A stretch of DNA of 64,000 nt from an uncultured Planctomycetaceae bacterium (GTDB lineage Bacteria > Planctomycetota > Planctomycetia > Isosphaerales > Isosphaeraceae). Shown one piece after another: positions 11,341 through 23,026 of the stretch. The stretch is taken from contig CAWIAD010000001.1 of the NCBI GenBank assembly GCA_963833985.1, positions 608,001 through 672,000 of the forward strand, given 5' to 3'. A program made the translations under genes and the position numbers. Numbering within the stretch: position 1 is the first letter of the stretch; each line of letters starts with the position of its first letter. The notes below the pieces were generated by a model. The model was not told the DNA's origin. It saw only the letters and a list, made by a program, of their open reading frames with translations, and ran no database searches.

Positions 11341-13119
11341 ATGACAAAAGCACAACGGGGAGGTTCCGCCCAGGGTGGCATGAACGGCGGACCGGCCGGC
11401 GCGGCCCGAGGCGCGGACAGGAAGAAGAATCGCCGCGAGTCGATCGAATCATTCATCGTGGTCTTCGTGGCGTTTCTTGTCTTCAGCATCGAAGCCGAGG
11501 GCTATGTGATCCCGACCGGTTCGATGGCGCCCACGCTCATGGGCCGGCACAAGGAGGTCGTCTGCCCGGAGTGCGGCACCCAGTACACGGTCAACGCCGA
11601 TTCCGAGGTGGACAGCAATGGATCGGGCAGGCCGACGGGGCTGCGGGTGACCTGGGGAACGTGCCAGGACTGCCGGCACACCACCCGGATCGATGACACG
11701 CCGAGCTTCGCGGGCGACCGCATCTACGCGATGAAGCAGGGGCTGAACTTGCCGCTGGTACCCCAGGCCGGGAAGGTCGGGCCGGATCGCTGGGAAGTGA
11801 CCGTCTTCCGGCTTCCCGAAGATCCGCAGATTCGCTACATCAAACGCCTGGTTGGCCTCCCCAACGAGACGATCCGTATCCGCCAGGGCGATCTCTGGCG
11901 CCGTTCCCACGCTGCCGCCGGCGCTGCTGCCGGTCCGTTCCAGCGGCTCCGCCGGCCCCTGGCCCATGAGATGGCCATGCTTGTCCCGGTGCACGATGAC
12001 GCCCATCGCGCACGCTCGCTGGCCACGGACCCTCGCTGGAAACGCTGGGTTCCCGAGGCCTCGGGATGGGAAGAATCCGCCGCGGGCAGCTACGGCTTTC
12101 GTGCCGCGGGAGGCACCTGGGCGGAGATTCGCTATCGCAACGTGGTTCCTGATCCCGCGCAGTGGCAGGCCATCACGGCCGGTGAGCCATTGCCGGGGGC
12201 TCCGCGGGCCACCCTGATCACGGATTTCTGTTCGTACAACACCGATCTCACGGTGCGGGGGCGGAGCGACCTCCGGGCCGCGGCCCGGCCCTGGTTCCAG
12301 CCGCACTGGGTGGGCGATCTGGTGCTGTCGTGCCGGGTCGATGTCCGGAAGGCCGGCGGAAAGCTCCGACTCGAGCTCGTCAAGGCGGGCGTGCCCGAGC
12401 ACTGCGAGCTGGACCTCGCCACCGGCCTGGCCACACTGTTGCGTGGTAACCGGCCGCTGGGCGAAGCCCGGGCGACGAACGTGCACATCCCCGGCGCTCA
12501 CGAGCTCACCTTCGCGAATATCGATGGCCGCCTTTCGCTCATCGTCGATGGGGCCTTGCCATTCGGGGAAGGGCGCACCTGGTCGGAAGACGATGTCGCG
12601 GCCGCCAGCGCGCCCACGGCCGCCGACCTTCAGCCCGCAGCCGTTGCGGCCCGTGACGCCGACCTGGGGATCACGGGACTGGTTCTGAAGCGCGACATCT
12701 ATTACACGCAGGAGCCCGCGGAACCCGACCAGATGAACACCTACGAGACGCTTCTCGCGGGTCCCCGTGCGTTCTTCGACCTGCTTGCCGACCCCGCTCG
12801 GTATGCCAGCCTGGAGACGCCGGCCGGGCGCGACTATCCGCTGGGGCCGAAGTCGTACCTGATGCTGGGCGACAACAGCCCCTGGAGCAGGGACGGCCGA
12901 GCCTGGGGGACGAACGATCAGCGGGATCCGGATGATCCCGACCGCGGCTGGGATGATTCCGGGCGAGCGGCCTGGGAAGTTCCTGAAGCTCTCGTCATCG
13001 GCAAGGCCTTTTGCGTTTACTGGCCGCATCTCACGCCCGTGTGGCCCGAGTTTCGCTTTGGAGATGATCTGAGATTTCCGTTCCGGCCCAGCGTGGAGCG
13101 CATGCGCTGGATTCGCTAG
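11341..13119 (+). CDS. lepB: Signal peptidase I, long form with CxxC..CxxC insertion
   Basis: IPTGSMAPTL (catalytic Ser), YIKRLVGLPNE (catalytic Lys), MLGDNSPWSRDGR, IGKAF. Confidence 0.9.
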   Translation: MTKAQRGGSAQGGMNGGPAGAARGADRKKNRRESIESFIVVFVAFLVFSIEAEGYVIPTGSMAPTLMGRHKEVVCPECGTQYTVNADSEVDSNGSGRPTGLRVTWGTCQDCRHTTRIDDTPSFAGDRIYAMKQGLNLPLVPQAGKVGPDRWEVTVFRLPEDPQIRYIKRLVGLPNETIRIRQGDLWRRSHAAAGAAAGPFQRLRRPLAHEMAMLVPVHDDAHRARSLATDPRWKRWVPEASGWEESAAGSYGFRAAGGTWAEIRYRNVVPDPAQWQAITAGEPLPGAPRATLITDFCSYNTDLTVRGRSDLRAAARPWFQPHWVGDLVLSCRVDVRKAGGKLRLELVKAGVPEHCELDLATGLATLLRGNRPLGEARATNVHIPGAHELTFANIDGRLSLIVDGALPFGEGRTWSEDDVAAASAPTAADLQPAAVAARDADLGITGLVLKRDIYYTQEPAEPDQMNTYETLLAGPRAFFDLLADPARYASLETPAGRDYPLGPKSYLMLGDNSPWSRDGRAWGTNDQRDPDDPDRGWDDSGRAAWEVPEALVIGKAFCVYWPHLTPVWPEFRFGDDLRFPFRPSVERMRWIR

Positions 13120-13310
13120 CCTGGATTTTGACTCGCTCGGAGGGCCGCGGCCAGCGCGGCCGGACCCGCCTTGCCCGGCTATTGACTCGCCCGAAGATCG
13201 TCATAGACTTTCTCTTACGAACAAGCGGCGGGTCCCCGGCCCGCGTGTTGCCCGGCGCTCTTCGCCGTTCCTGGCAGGGAATTGAACTTTCGTCGTGAGC
13301 GGTGCGTACC

Positions 13311-13952
13311 ATGGTTAGGACCGTCACCTCGGAACAGGCAGTCGACCTCGTCCAGTCCACGGACGAGGAACTGATGAGCCGCTACCGTGACGATGGTTCT
13401 GAAGCCGTGTTCACAGAGCTGGTTCACCGCTACGAGCGAGAACTCTATCGCTATCTGGCCCGCTACCTCGGTGATCCCACGCTGGCAGACGACGTGTTCC
13501 AGAACACGTTTCTTCAGGTTCACCTGAAGCGAGGATTGTACGAGAACGGCCGCCCGTTCCGGCCGTGGCTGTATGCCATCGGCACGCATCAGGCGGTCGA
13601 TGCACTGCGGAAAGCGGGGAGACATCCAACCGTCAGCCTGGACCAGCGCGTGACCACCGGACAGCGCGAGTCGGAGGCGGGATCTCTGCTGGACCTGCTG
13701 ATCAGGGAGGACTCGGGGCCTCTCGCGGAGCTGCAAGAGCAAGAGCGGCAGCAGTGGGTGCGCCAGAGCATCGAGCGTCTACCCGACGCCCTCCGCCAGA
13801 CCTTGATCCTTGCGTATCACCAGGACCTCAAGTACCGAGAAATCGCCGAGATCCTCAAGATTCCGGTCGGCACCGTGAAGTCGCGATTGCACTCCGCACT
13901 GGCGAAGCTTCAGGAAATGGCGCGGAACGCCCATCGCGACGAGGAAGAATGA
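13311..13952 (+). CDS. ECF RNA polymerase sigma factor
   Basis: TDEELM, ADDVFQNTFL, FRPWLYAI, YREIAEILKIPVGTVKSRLH. Confidence 0.95.
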   Translation: MVRTVTSEQAVDLVQSTDEELMSRYRDDGSEAVFTELVHRYERELYRYLARYLGDPTLADDVFQNTFLQVHLKRGLYENGRPFRPWLYAIGTHQAVDALRKAGRHPTVSLDQRVTTGQRESEAGSLLDLLIREDSGPLAELQEQERQQWVRQSIERLPDALRQTLILAYHQDLKYREIAEILKIPVGTVKSRLHSALAKLQEMARNAHRDEEE

Positions 13953-13956
13953 CGCC

Positions 13957-14928
13957 ATGAACGCCGAGCTCATGATCGACTTCGTGCTAGGTCAACTCGA
14001 TGACACCGACCGCGAGCACGTGGAGTACTCCCTCAGGTCTGATCCCGAGCTTGCGGCCCGAGCCGAACGGTTGAGCAAGGCCATGACCTTGCTGCTCGAT
14101 GACGGCGAGCCCTTCGAGCCGCCCGCCGAGCTGGCGCGGCACACGCTCGAGATGGTCGCGCAGGCAAGACAGAAACCGCATTCGATATTGGACTATGTGC
14201 CGGCACGCGTCCCTTTTCAGTGGGCGGACTTTGCCGTTGCTGCCAGCATCTTCATTGCGGGCGTGCTCACCTTGCTGCCCGCGATCACAAACTCCCGCGC
14301 ACGGATGCGCCAGGCCGGTTGCGTGTACAACCTTGAGCAGCTCGGCAAGAGCCTTGCGCAATATGCCACGATCAACCCGTTCTATCCCTACCCGCCGATC
14401 CAGCAGGCGGATGCCCACGCCGGAACCTTCGCGGCGGTGCTCCACGATTCCGGCGTGCTCGGCGACCTCTCAATCCTGGACTGCCCCTACAATGGCCCCT
14501 GTCCTGAGCACATGACCGACCTTCCCAGCTTCGAGGAGCTGCGGCGGATTCGCGCCGTCAATCCCGACCTCTATCGGCGGATCATGTGCTGGGACTACGC
14601 GTACAATGCAGGCTATCTCCACGACTCCGGCAGACCCGGTCCGGTGGAGTCGCGTCTGCCGATGGCCGTCCCCGTCGTGGCCGACCAGCCCCCGCACGAA
14701 AACTACGTGCGGATTCTGGACGGCAACAGCCCCAACCATGACCGCCGGGGCCAGAATGTGCTCTACAGCGACGGCAGCGTCCGCTGGCATTCCTCGCGCC
14801 GCGTCGGCCCGCACGATGCGGACCTGTACCTGAACAACCATCAGCAGCTTGAGCCCGGCGTTGATGAGAACGACTCGGTGCTCCTGCCCAGCTACAGCAG
14901 GTTCATCCCGGCGCAACTGTCGCAGTGA
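13957..14928 (+). CDS. Putative anti-sigma protein: N-terminal anti-sigma-like helices, TM segment, DUF1559/H-X-DG-like C-terminal domain
   Basis: 4 nt downstream of ECF gene; LMIDFVLGQLD; TM FAVAASIFIAGVLTLLPAI; CVYNLEQLGKSLAQYA; NSPNHDRRGQNVLYSDGSV. Confidence 0.75.
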   Translation: MNAELMIDFVLGQLDDTDREHVEYSLRSDPELAARAERLSKAMTLLLDDGEPFEPPAELARHTLEMVAQARQKPHSILDYVPARVPFQWADFAVAASIFIAGVLTLLPAITNSRARMRQAGCVYNLEQLGKSLAQYATINPFYPYPPIQQADAHAGTFAAVLHDSGVLGDLSILDCPYNGPCPEHMTDLPSFEELRRIRAVNPDLYRRIMCWDYAYNAGYLHDSGRPGPVESRLPMAVPVVADQPPHENYVRILDGNSPNHDRRGQNVLYSDGSVRWHSSRRVGPHDADLYLNNHQQLEPGVDENDSVLLPSYSRFIPAQLSQ

Positions 14929-15330
14929 CAGACATCGCCCATCGTCACTCAGCCGTGACGGCCGTTGCTCGCCAACGGGTCGAGCACCCCCGGCCGATCA
15001 AGCAAAGGGCCTGAGCACCGCCACGGGGGGCCGGGGCACCAGGCCATGCGCCCGAGCTCGGTAGGTCATCCAGGCGATCGCCGGCGATCCGCCATCGCGC
15101 AGGTTGAAAAGACGTCAAGCGGCCACAGAGCGCCCACGACGGTGCAGGCAATCCGCGCCGGCTGATACGTCGCCGGTCCGCCGGAACCCGATCCTCCAGC
15201 ACTGATCATGGAGATTCGCTGGGAGGGACGTCGCGGTATCCCGGCTTCCGGCTGATTGTTAAACTATGAGCCCCCGGGCTATCCAGGTCCGCGGCCGGCC
15301 GGCGGTTCAACTTTCGGGAGACATACGGCG

Positions 15331-16548
15331 TTGGCGCTCGTGATCAAGGCGCTCGTGATCGTTTGCAACCTGGCGCTGCTGCCGTACTTCGGGATGGTCC
15401 TCGTGACGGCGCTGGTGGCGCTTTGCCGGCGCCGCAAGGCGAAAGGCCAGGCCATTCCTCAGAAGCGTTTCCTGATCGTGATCCCGGCGCACGACGAGGA
15501 ATCGGGAATCGCGGCGACTGTTCGAAGCTGTCTGGCTGTGGACTATCCCGCGGAGCTCTTCGAGGTCCTCGTGATTGCCGACAACTGCACCGACGCAACG
15601 GCCGCCGTGGCCCGAGGCGAAGGTGCGACGGTGGTCGAGCGGCACGATCCGGAGAAGAAGAGCAAGGGCCACGCGATCCGGTTCCTGCTCGACGGCCTCC
15701 AGGAATCGGGCCGGTTCGACTTGCTGGACGCACTCGTCATCATTGACGCCGACACCACCGTGGATGCGGGCCTGCTGCGCACCTTCGCCACGATGGTCGA
15801 GGGCGGCGCAGAGTGGATCCAGTGCTTCTACGGCGTTGCCAACCCCGATGCCTCGTGGCGCACGCGGCTCATGGCCTACGCGTTTTGCCTGTTCAACGGA
15901 GTGACGCCCCTGGGGCAGTCGATCCTGGGCATGAGCGCCGGGTTCCGGGGTAACGGGATGTGCTTGACCACGAGCGGGCTGAGGCGTGTGCCCTGGAAGA
16001 GCTACGGCCTCGTCGAGGACATGGAATACTCGTGGAACGTACGCATCGCCGGCGGGAAGATTGCGTTCCTGGCCGATGCCCGGGTTTCAGGCGCGATGCT
16101 GGGGCAGGGGGGGAAGGCGGCGGTCGCCCAGCGGAAGCGCTGGGAGTTCGGCCGGCGCGAGGTCGCCAGGCGTGCCTTGCCGCCCTTGCTGCGATCACCT
16201 CATCTCGGCCTGCTGGAGAAATTCGCCTCGGTACTCGAGCTCACCATGCCGCCCATGGTGATGCTCATTTTCTACTATCTTTGCGCGGTCACGGCCAACG
16301 TCCTCGTCCTGCGGTCGGCGGGCGTGGCAGCCGCGCTGGCCCTCTTCTTGACGGTCAGCAGTTGCGTCATGACGCTGGCACTGCTCGTGCATGCCATCTG
16401 CCCGTTCTTCGTTTACGGGCTTCCCTGGAGCTATCTCTGGACTCTCTTCTACGTGCCGTTCTACGCGTTCTGGAAGCTGCTGGCGACGCTCGGCGCACGC
16501 CCCACTCAGTGGGTGCGCACAGCGCGTGAGGAGCCGGCGAAGCGTTGA
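15331..16548 (+). CDS. Glycosyltransferase family 2, membrane-bound
   Basis: IVIPAHDEE, ADNCTDAT, IIDADT (DxD), LVED, QRKRW motifs; C-terminal TM helices. Start uncertain (TTG 15331 after GGGAG). Confidence 0.9.
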   Translation: MALVIKALVIVCNLALLPYFGMVLVTALVALCRRRKAKGQAIPQKRFLIVIPAHDEESGIAATVRSCLAVDYPAELFEVLVIADNCTDATAAVARGEGATVVERHDPEKKSKGHAIRFLLDGLQESGRFDLLDALVIIDADTTVDAGLLRTFATMVEGGAEWIQCFYGVANPDASWRTRLMAYAFCLFNGVTPLGQSILGMSAGFRGNGMCLTTSGLRRVPWKSYGLVEDMEYSWNVRIAGGKIAFLADARVSGAMLGQGGKAAVAQRKRWEFGRREVARRALPPLLRSPHLGLLEKFASVLELTMPPMVMLIFYYLCAVTANVLVLRSAGVAAALALFLTVSSCVMTLALLVHAICPFFVYGLPWSYLWTLFYVPFYAFWKLLATLGARPTQWVRTAREEPAKR

Positions 16549-16758
16549 ATCAGAGACAGGTCGCCCGGCCCCTCGAAACCCCGGACGCGGCAGGCGGAGC
16601 GAGTCGTCAGAAAGGAGCTATGCCGAGCCGGACGAGTCAACCCGGTAGATAGATTGGAGTGGATAATTAGAACGGGCAAAAAATCGCAAGCGAATAAATG
16701 GGACCGTCGAAAAAATCAACATCGGGGGTTCGGCGAAGTGTCATTCCTGTCGCACTGA

Positions 16759-16837
16759 TTGACCAATATCCCAATACTAGATATTGTACTACCAGGCAGA
16801 CCGAATAAAAGCTAGAATTATCGCGTAACAGGATAAT
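16759..16837 (+). promoter_or_regulatory. Sigma70-like promoter with two operator-like inverted repeats
   Basis: TTGACC (16759-64)-N17-TATTGT (16782-87); CAATATC-N9-GATATTG (16764-86); ATTATC-N9-GATAAT (16817-37). Confidence 0.65.
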
Positions 16838-16839
16838 CG

Positions 16840-17268
16840 ATGTGGGGATTTATCAAGAGCCGCCAGTGCGATCGCCGACTCAAGCAGTACCGGAAAAGCA
16901 AAAACAAGAAGGCCCAGTTGAACGCGGTTCTCAACAACCTCGATCTCTTCCAAAAGTCGCTCATCAGTGGCAGGAAGCCGAGGCCGCCCATTTACGGTTT
17001 CTTGCACGAAGAGCCGGCGGGTTTTTTCGCGATCACCGAGCAGGGGGGTGGCGCAAATGTTGCAGCGACGAGACTCTACGTCTACCCGGACACAGAGACC
17101 GAAACCATTTACCTGCTGACGTTGGGTGATAAGTCGACTCAGACAGAAGACATCAGTCACTGTAAGATTCTTGTCAAAGACATCCGAGCCAATCCAGACA
17201 AGGGGAGAGGTGATGGCCACAGCGACGAAGACGACGAACGAGGAAAACGAGAGGATAACCACTCGTGA
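16840..17268 (+). CDS. Putative RelE/HigB-like toxin
   Basis: Basic 142-aa ORF upstream of an HTH gene; RLYVY...IYLLTLGDKSTQTEDI resembles the C-terminal motif of HigB-type addiction toxins; lower GC than flanks. Confidence 0.65.
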   Translation: MWGFIKSRQCDRRLKQYRKSKNKKAQLNAVLNNLDLFQKSLISGRKPRPPIYGFLHEEPAGFFAITEQGGGANVAATRLYVYPDTETETIYLLTLGDKSTQTEDISHCKILVKDIRANPDKGRGDGHSDEDDERGKREDNHS

Positions 17269-17866
17269 CATGGAGTTCGTGGGAAAGAGATACTCCACTG
17301 TGTCTGAGATGGTTCGAGACACGGCTGATGCCGGGTTTGCGGACGAGTTTGACAGGTTCCAGGCCGATCGACGGCTGGTGAATGTGTTGAGCATCCTTCG
17401 ATGTTTCAACGGTGTTTCGCAAGTAGAGCTGGCGAGCAAGATTGGATGCGCGCAGTCGAAGATCTCCAAGATCGAGTCTGCGACGGACGCGGATCTCAAT
17501 TTCGGCGATATCATCAAGTACGCGCTAGCCTTGGACCAATCGATCCAGCTGACGTTCGCTCCATTACGACGGAATGGAGTAGACCACATTCGGTTCCACG
17601 CCGAGTGCATCAAGAACCAGCTGAGCAGCTTGGCGAAGATCGCGGGCAACGACAAACAAATCGGCGATGGCGTCGAGGAGTTCGCGATCGAGACGGTTCA
17701 GACCTTGGTTGCGAACATCGAGTCTGTCCTCGATAGACTTCCCCACGGAGTGCAACGCGAGAGCCCCCCCATCTGCGTGGAAGCAGAAGGTCGAGGGGGA
17801 CACACGTTGAATCTTGATGCACCCAAAAATGCTCGGCGCGTCGCCAAGAAACCACAGTCCACTTGA
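17213..17866 (+). CDS. XRE-family HTH protein, putative HigA-like antitoxin with C-terminal extension
   Basis: SD-like GGAGAGG before ATG 17213; LRCFNGVSQVELASKIGCAQSKISKIES helix-turn-helix; overlaps upstream ORF by 56 nt. Confidence 0.8.
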   Translation: MATATKTTNEENERITTRDMEFVGKRYSTVSEMVRDTADAGFADEFDRFQADRRLVNVLSILRCFNGVSQVELASKIGCAQSKISKIESATDADLNFGDIIKYALALDQSIQLTFAPLRRNGVDHIRFHAECIKNQLSSLAKIAGNDKQIGDGVEEFAIETVQTLVANIESVLDRLPHGVQRESPPICVEAEGRGGHTLNLDAPKNARRVAKKPQST

Positions 17867-18530
17867 GTTGGAGAAAGTCCAGACACGCACTGTTCACTCA
17901 CTCCCGCGCCGGCTCTCCTCTTGCGCCGGTTGAAGCATCCTGTCTAAGATCATCCACGCCCCGCATTCTCCTGCTTGCCAATCCGCAATGTCCGGACCGC
18001 CAGCCCGGCTCGCTCGTCCGATTCACGTCCCAGCAGTTCTTCTGTGACCCAGCTATCGCATCAATCAACCACCATCTCCCGGAAGCACCAGGCTGGCGCC
18101 ATGCCGGATTTGCATAAAAACTTCACGTACTGCGCCGATACCGTTTCTGATCATTTTTCGGTGCTCTAGATTGTTGCATGCTCACGACTTTAAAAATACG
18201 TAAGTCATTGCCATAAAATTATTTATGGCGCGCGCAAAGAGCCGAGAGTTGCTGCAACAGCACAACGGGTTGAGGCTCGCGGGCTGCCGCCGGTGCGCTG
18301 GCCGGAGACTTCCAAACCCTTGCGGAACGCCGAAAAACTCGGTTTTATGGGCAGGATGGGTCCAAGGACGTGGAACAGCGAGGGGGAGAACCCCGGGTGC
18401 CTGTTCCGGACTTCGATCCGTGTCGATCGAAGGCCGATCGAAGCCAGTGCAACGCCCGCCGCAGGATTCGCGGGGTGATCCGGCGAACACTGGAAAACCA
18501 GGCATATGATGTTGAATGAGCGATTTCTGA

Positions 18531-20844
<2,314 letters not shown>

Positions 20845-20862
20845 GACGACCCCGGCCGAGGT

Positions 20863-20898
20863 GAACCACGAAAGGTGCCCAGGCACTCCTCGTGGTTC
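20863..20898. terminator. Stem-loop between convergent genes (putative terminator)
   Basis: GAACCACGA...GTGCC-ca-GGCAC...TCGTGGTTC just after the pgk stop; no clear U-tract. Confidence 0.5.
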
Positions 20899-20949
20899 CT
20901 GTGCCGTCGCAGCCAGTCTGTGGACAGACCGACTCAGCCCCGGAGCTGC

Positions 20950-21289
20950 TCAACGCGAGGTTGGCGTTGTGCCCACCACGATCTGCTTGAGCTCGCCATA
21001 GATGCCGGCCGGAACGCCCACGAAGGTGGCCGCGGCAGTCTTCACGATCTTGTTGTCGCCCGAGGATTCCCAGTACTGCCGCGGCTTCGAAAACAGGGGA
21101 TGACGATCGACGTAGGTGACGGTCCTCTCGGGCGTCGCTTCGGTCACCGTGCCGTTGGAGTCAATCGAGCTCGAAGAGTGCCGGCTCAGGGGCCGAGGCG
21201 GTCCGGTGCGAACCCGCGGACTGGCACCCCGAGATGGCAAAGAACATCGCCGTCACCGCAGCAAGCCGCATCCATTGATGATGAGCCAT
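20950..21289 (-). CDS. Small lipoprotein, frameshift at ~21190
   Basis: MAHHQWMRLAAVTAMFFAISGC (lipobox) in one frame continues into PLSRHSSS...GELKQIVVG in another frame at a C run. Confidence 0.7.
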
Positions 21290-21545
21290 CGCCTTCCATC
21301 CTTTCCCACGGGATTCCGCCGTCCCTGCCTCGATCCCGCAACAAACAACCCATAATACACTTGAGCATACCCTCCAGTCCGCCGGACGACGGCCATTTCC
21401 GCTTCGTGACCCTTCAGAATATGATGAGGCGGGAGGCTTTGATGGAAGCAACGATGGGACGGTCCTTGCCGGTCCGGCCGAAGCGAGCACATCGACCGGA
21501 AATACAGTGCTCGATCGGCGTCTTGCCCGACGCGGAGGCGCGCTC

Positions 21546-22369
21546 ATGCTGAGCAGCTCGCTGTCGTTCGGTGATTGTGAGTTCATCGCGTTCGACTTCG
21601 AGACAACCGGGCTCGATCCCTGCCGCGACAGGCTGGTGGAAGCGGGAGCGCTTCGCTTCCATCGATCGGGCGAGGTCGTGGATCGGTTCGAGTCGCTGAT
21701 CCATCCGGAAATGCCGATGCCACCGGCCGCTCAGGCCATCCACGGCATCACCGATGCCGACCTGGCCGATGCGCCGACTTGCCGGGAAGTCTTGCCGCGG
21801 TTCCTGGCGTTCCTTGGCGACCCGCGCACCACTGCCCTGCTGGCACACAACGCCTGCCTGGACGCGGGCTTCCTGGGAACCGAGCTGCGGCGGGCGGGTC
21901 AGGCACTTCCCGACCACCTCATGTTCGACACGCTGGCCCTGGCGCGGAGCTGCCGTCCGGACCTGCGCAGCCACCGCCTGCACGCGCTGGCAGGTGCCCT
22001 TTGCCTGGAGGCCTACGCTATGCATCGGGCGCTGGCCGATGCCGTCTGTGTCAAGGCCCTCTGGCTCGCGCTCGATGGTCCCCGCACCCGCGCGATCGGC
22101 TTGTCTCGTACCCGATCCATGACGCCGCTGGTGCGGTCCCGGCGCCTCACGGCTGGTGCGTGCTCGATGAGGCCATCGCGGGCGGCCGGCACGTGCGGAT
22201 CGTGTATGAGGGGGGAACGCGCGGCGTTGCGCCGCGGGTCATCTCACCGCGCCGCTATGCGTACAAGGGGGGTATGGGGTACGTTCTGGCCTTTTGCCAT
22301 GTCGACCGCCTTGAAAAGGCGTTCCGGCTTGACCGGATCCGTCAGTGCGTGCTTGCCGCGGTTCCCTGA
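21546..22369 (+). CDS. DEDDh 3'-5' exonuclease (DnaQ-like) fused to a C-terminal WYL-like domain; frameshift at ~22088
   Basis: AFDFETTGL, AHNACLD, HRALADA; then VRIVYEGG..RVISP....YVLAFCHVDRLEKAFRLDRI in the frame of ORF 21779..22369. Confidence 0.85.
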
Positions 22370-22456
22370 GGTCGTGGTCGCCATGTTGATCCACAGGCCG
22401 CGAACCGATAAACTACGAGACGAACAGTCAAAGCAGACTCTAGCGAGGTGGAAGAA

Positions 22457-23017
22457 ATGCTGAAGCTTCTCTTTCTCATTGCCGTAGGAGCGATTTACCG
22501 ACTGGTGGATCACCCGGTCAACTTCGTGCCGCTCGGTGCACTGGCCCTGTACGCGGGAGCGAGCTTTCCTCGCCGCTGGGCCTGGATCGTACCCGTCGCG
22601 GCCATGGGGCTTTCCGACCTGGTGATCGATTACTCGACGGGGCGCCCGTTCAGCGACCCATCTCGCTGGCTGATCTACGGGACCTTCGCGTGCACCACGC
22701 TCATGGGCCCGCTTGCCCGCCGCCCGAAGGTCGGCCCGTGGCTGCTGCCGGCCCTCTCGGTCTCTGCCTCGCTCCTCTTCTTCCTCACCAGCAACTTCGG
22801 AGCGTGGCTGGTTCCCGAGTTGAACTATCCGCGGAACCTGTTCGGGCTGATCTCCTGCTACATCGCAGGCATCCCGTACATCCATCACACGATCCTCGCC
22901 GATCTGGCAGGAACCGCACTGTTCTTTGGACTTGAAGCCAGTCTCGAGCGTGCCAGAAACCTGCTGTTCAATCGCTCCACGGCTCCTGCCCCCGTCGAAG
23001 TACCCCCTGCGGCATAA
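22457..23017 (+). CDS. DUF6580-like putative membrane transporter component
   Basis: NFVPLGALALYAGA, LSDL, FFLTSNFGAW, CYIAGIPY; several TM helices. Confidence 0.75.
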   Translation: MLKLLFLIAVGAIYRLVDHPVNFVPLGALALYAGASFPRRWAWIVPVAAMGLSDLVIDYSTGRPFSDPSRWLIYGTFACTTLMGPLARRPKVGPWLLPALSVSASLLFFLTSNFGAWLVPELNYPRNLFGLISCYIAGIPYIHHTILADLAGTALFFGLEASLERARNLLFNRSTAPAPVEVPPAA

Positions 23018-23026
23018 GCTTTTTCC

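Noticed and set aside
21290..22456. Cobalamin riboswitch upstream of the DUF6580-like gene
   Set aside because: No B12-box or conserved core recognised in either intergenic gap.
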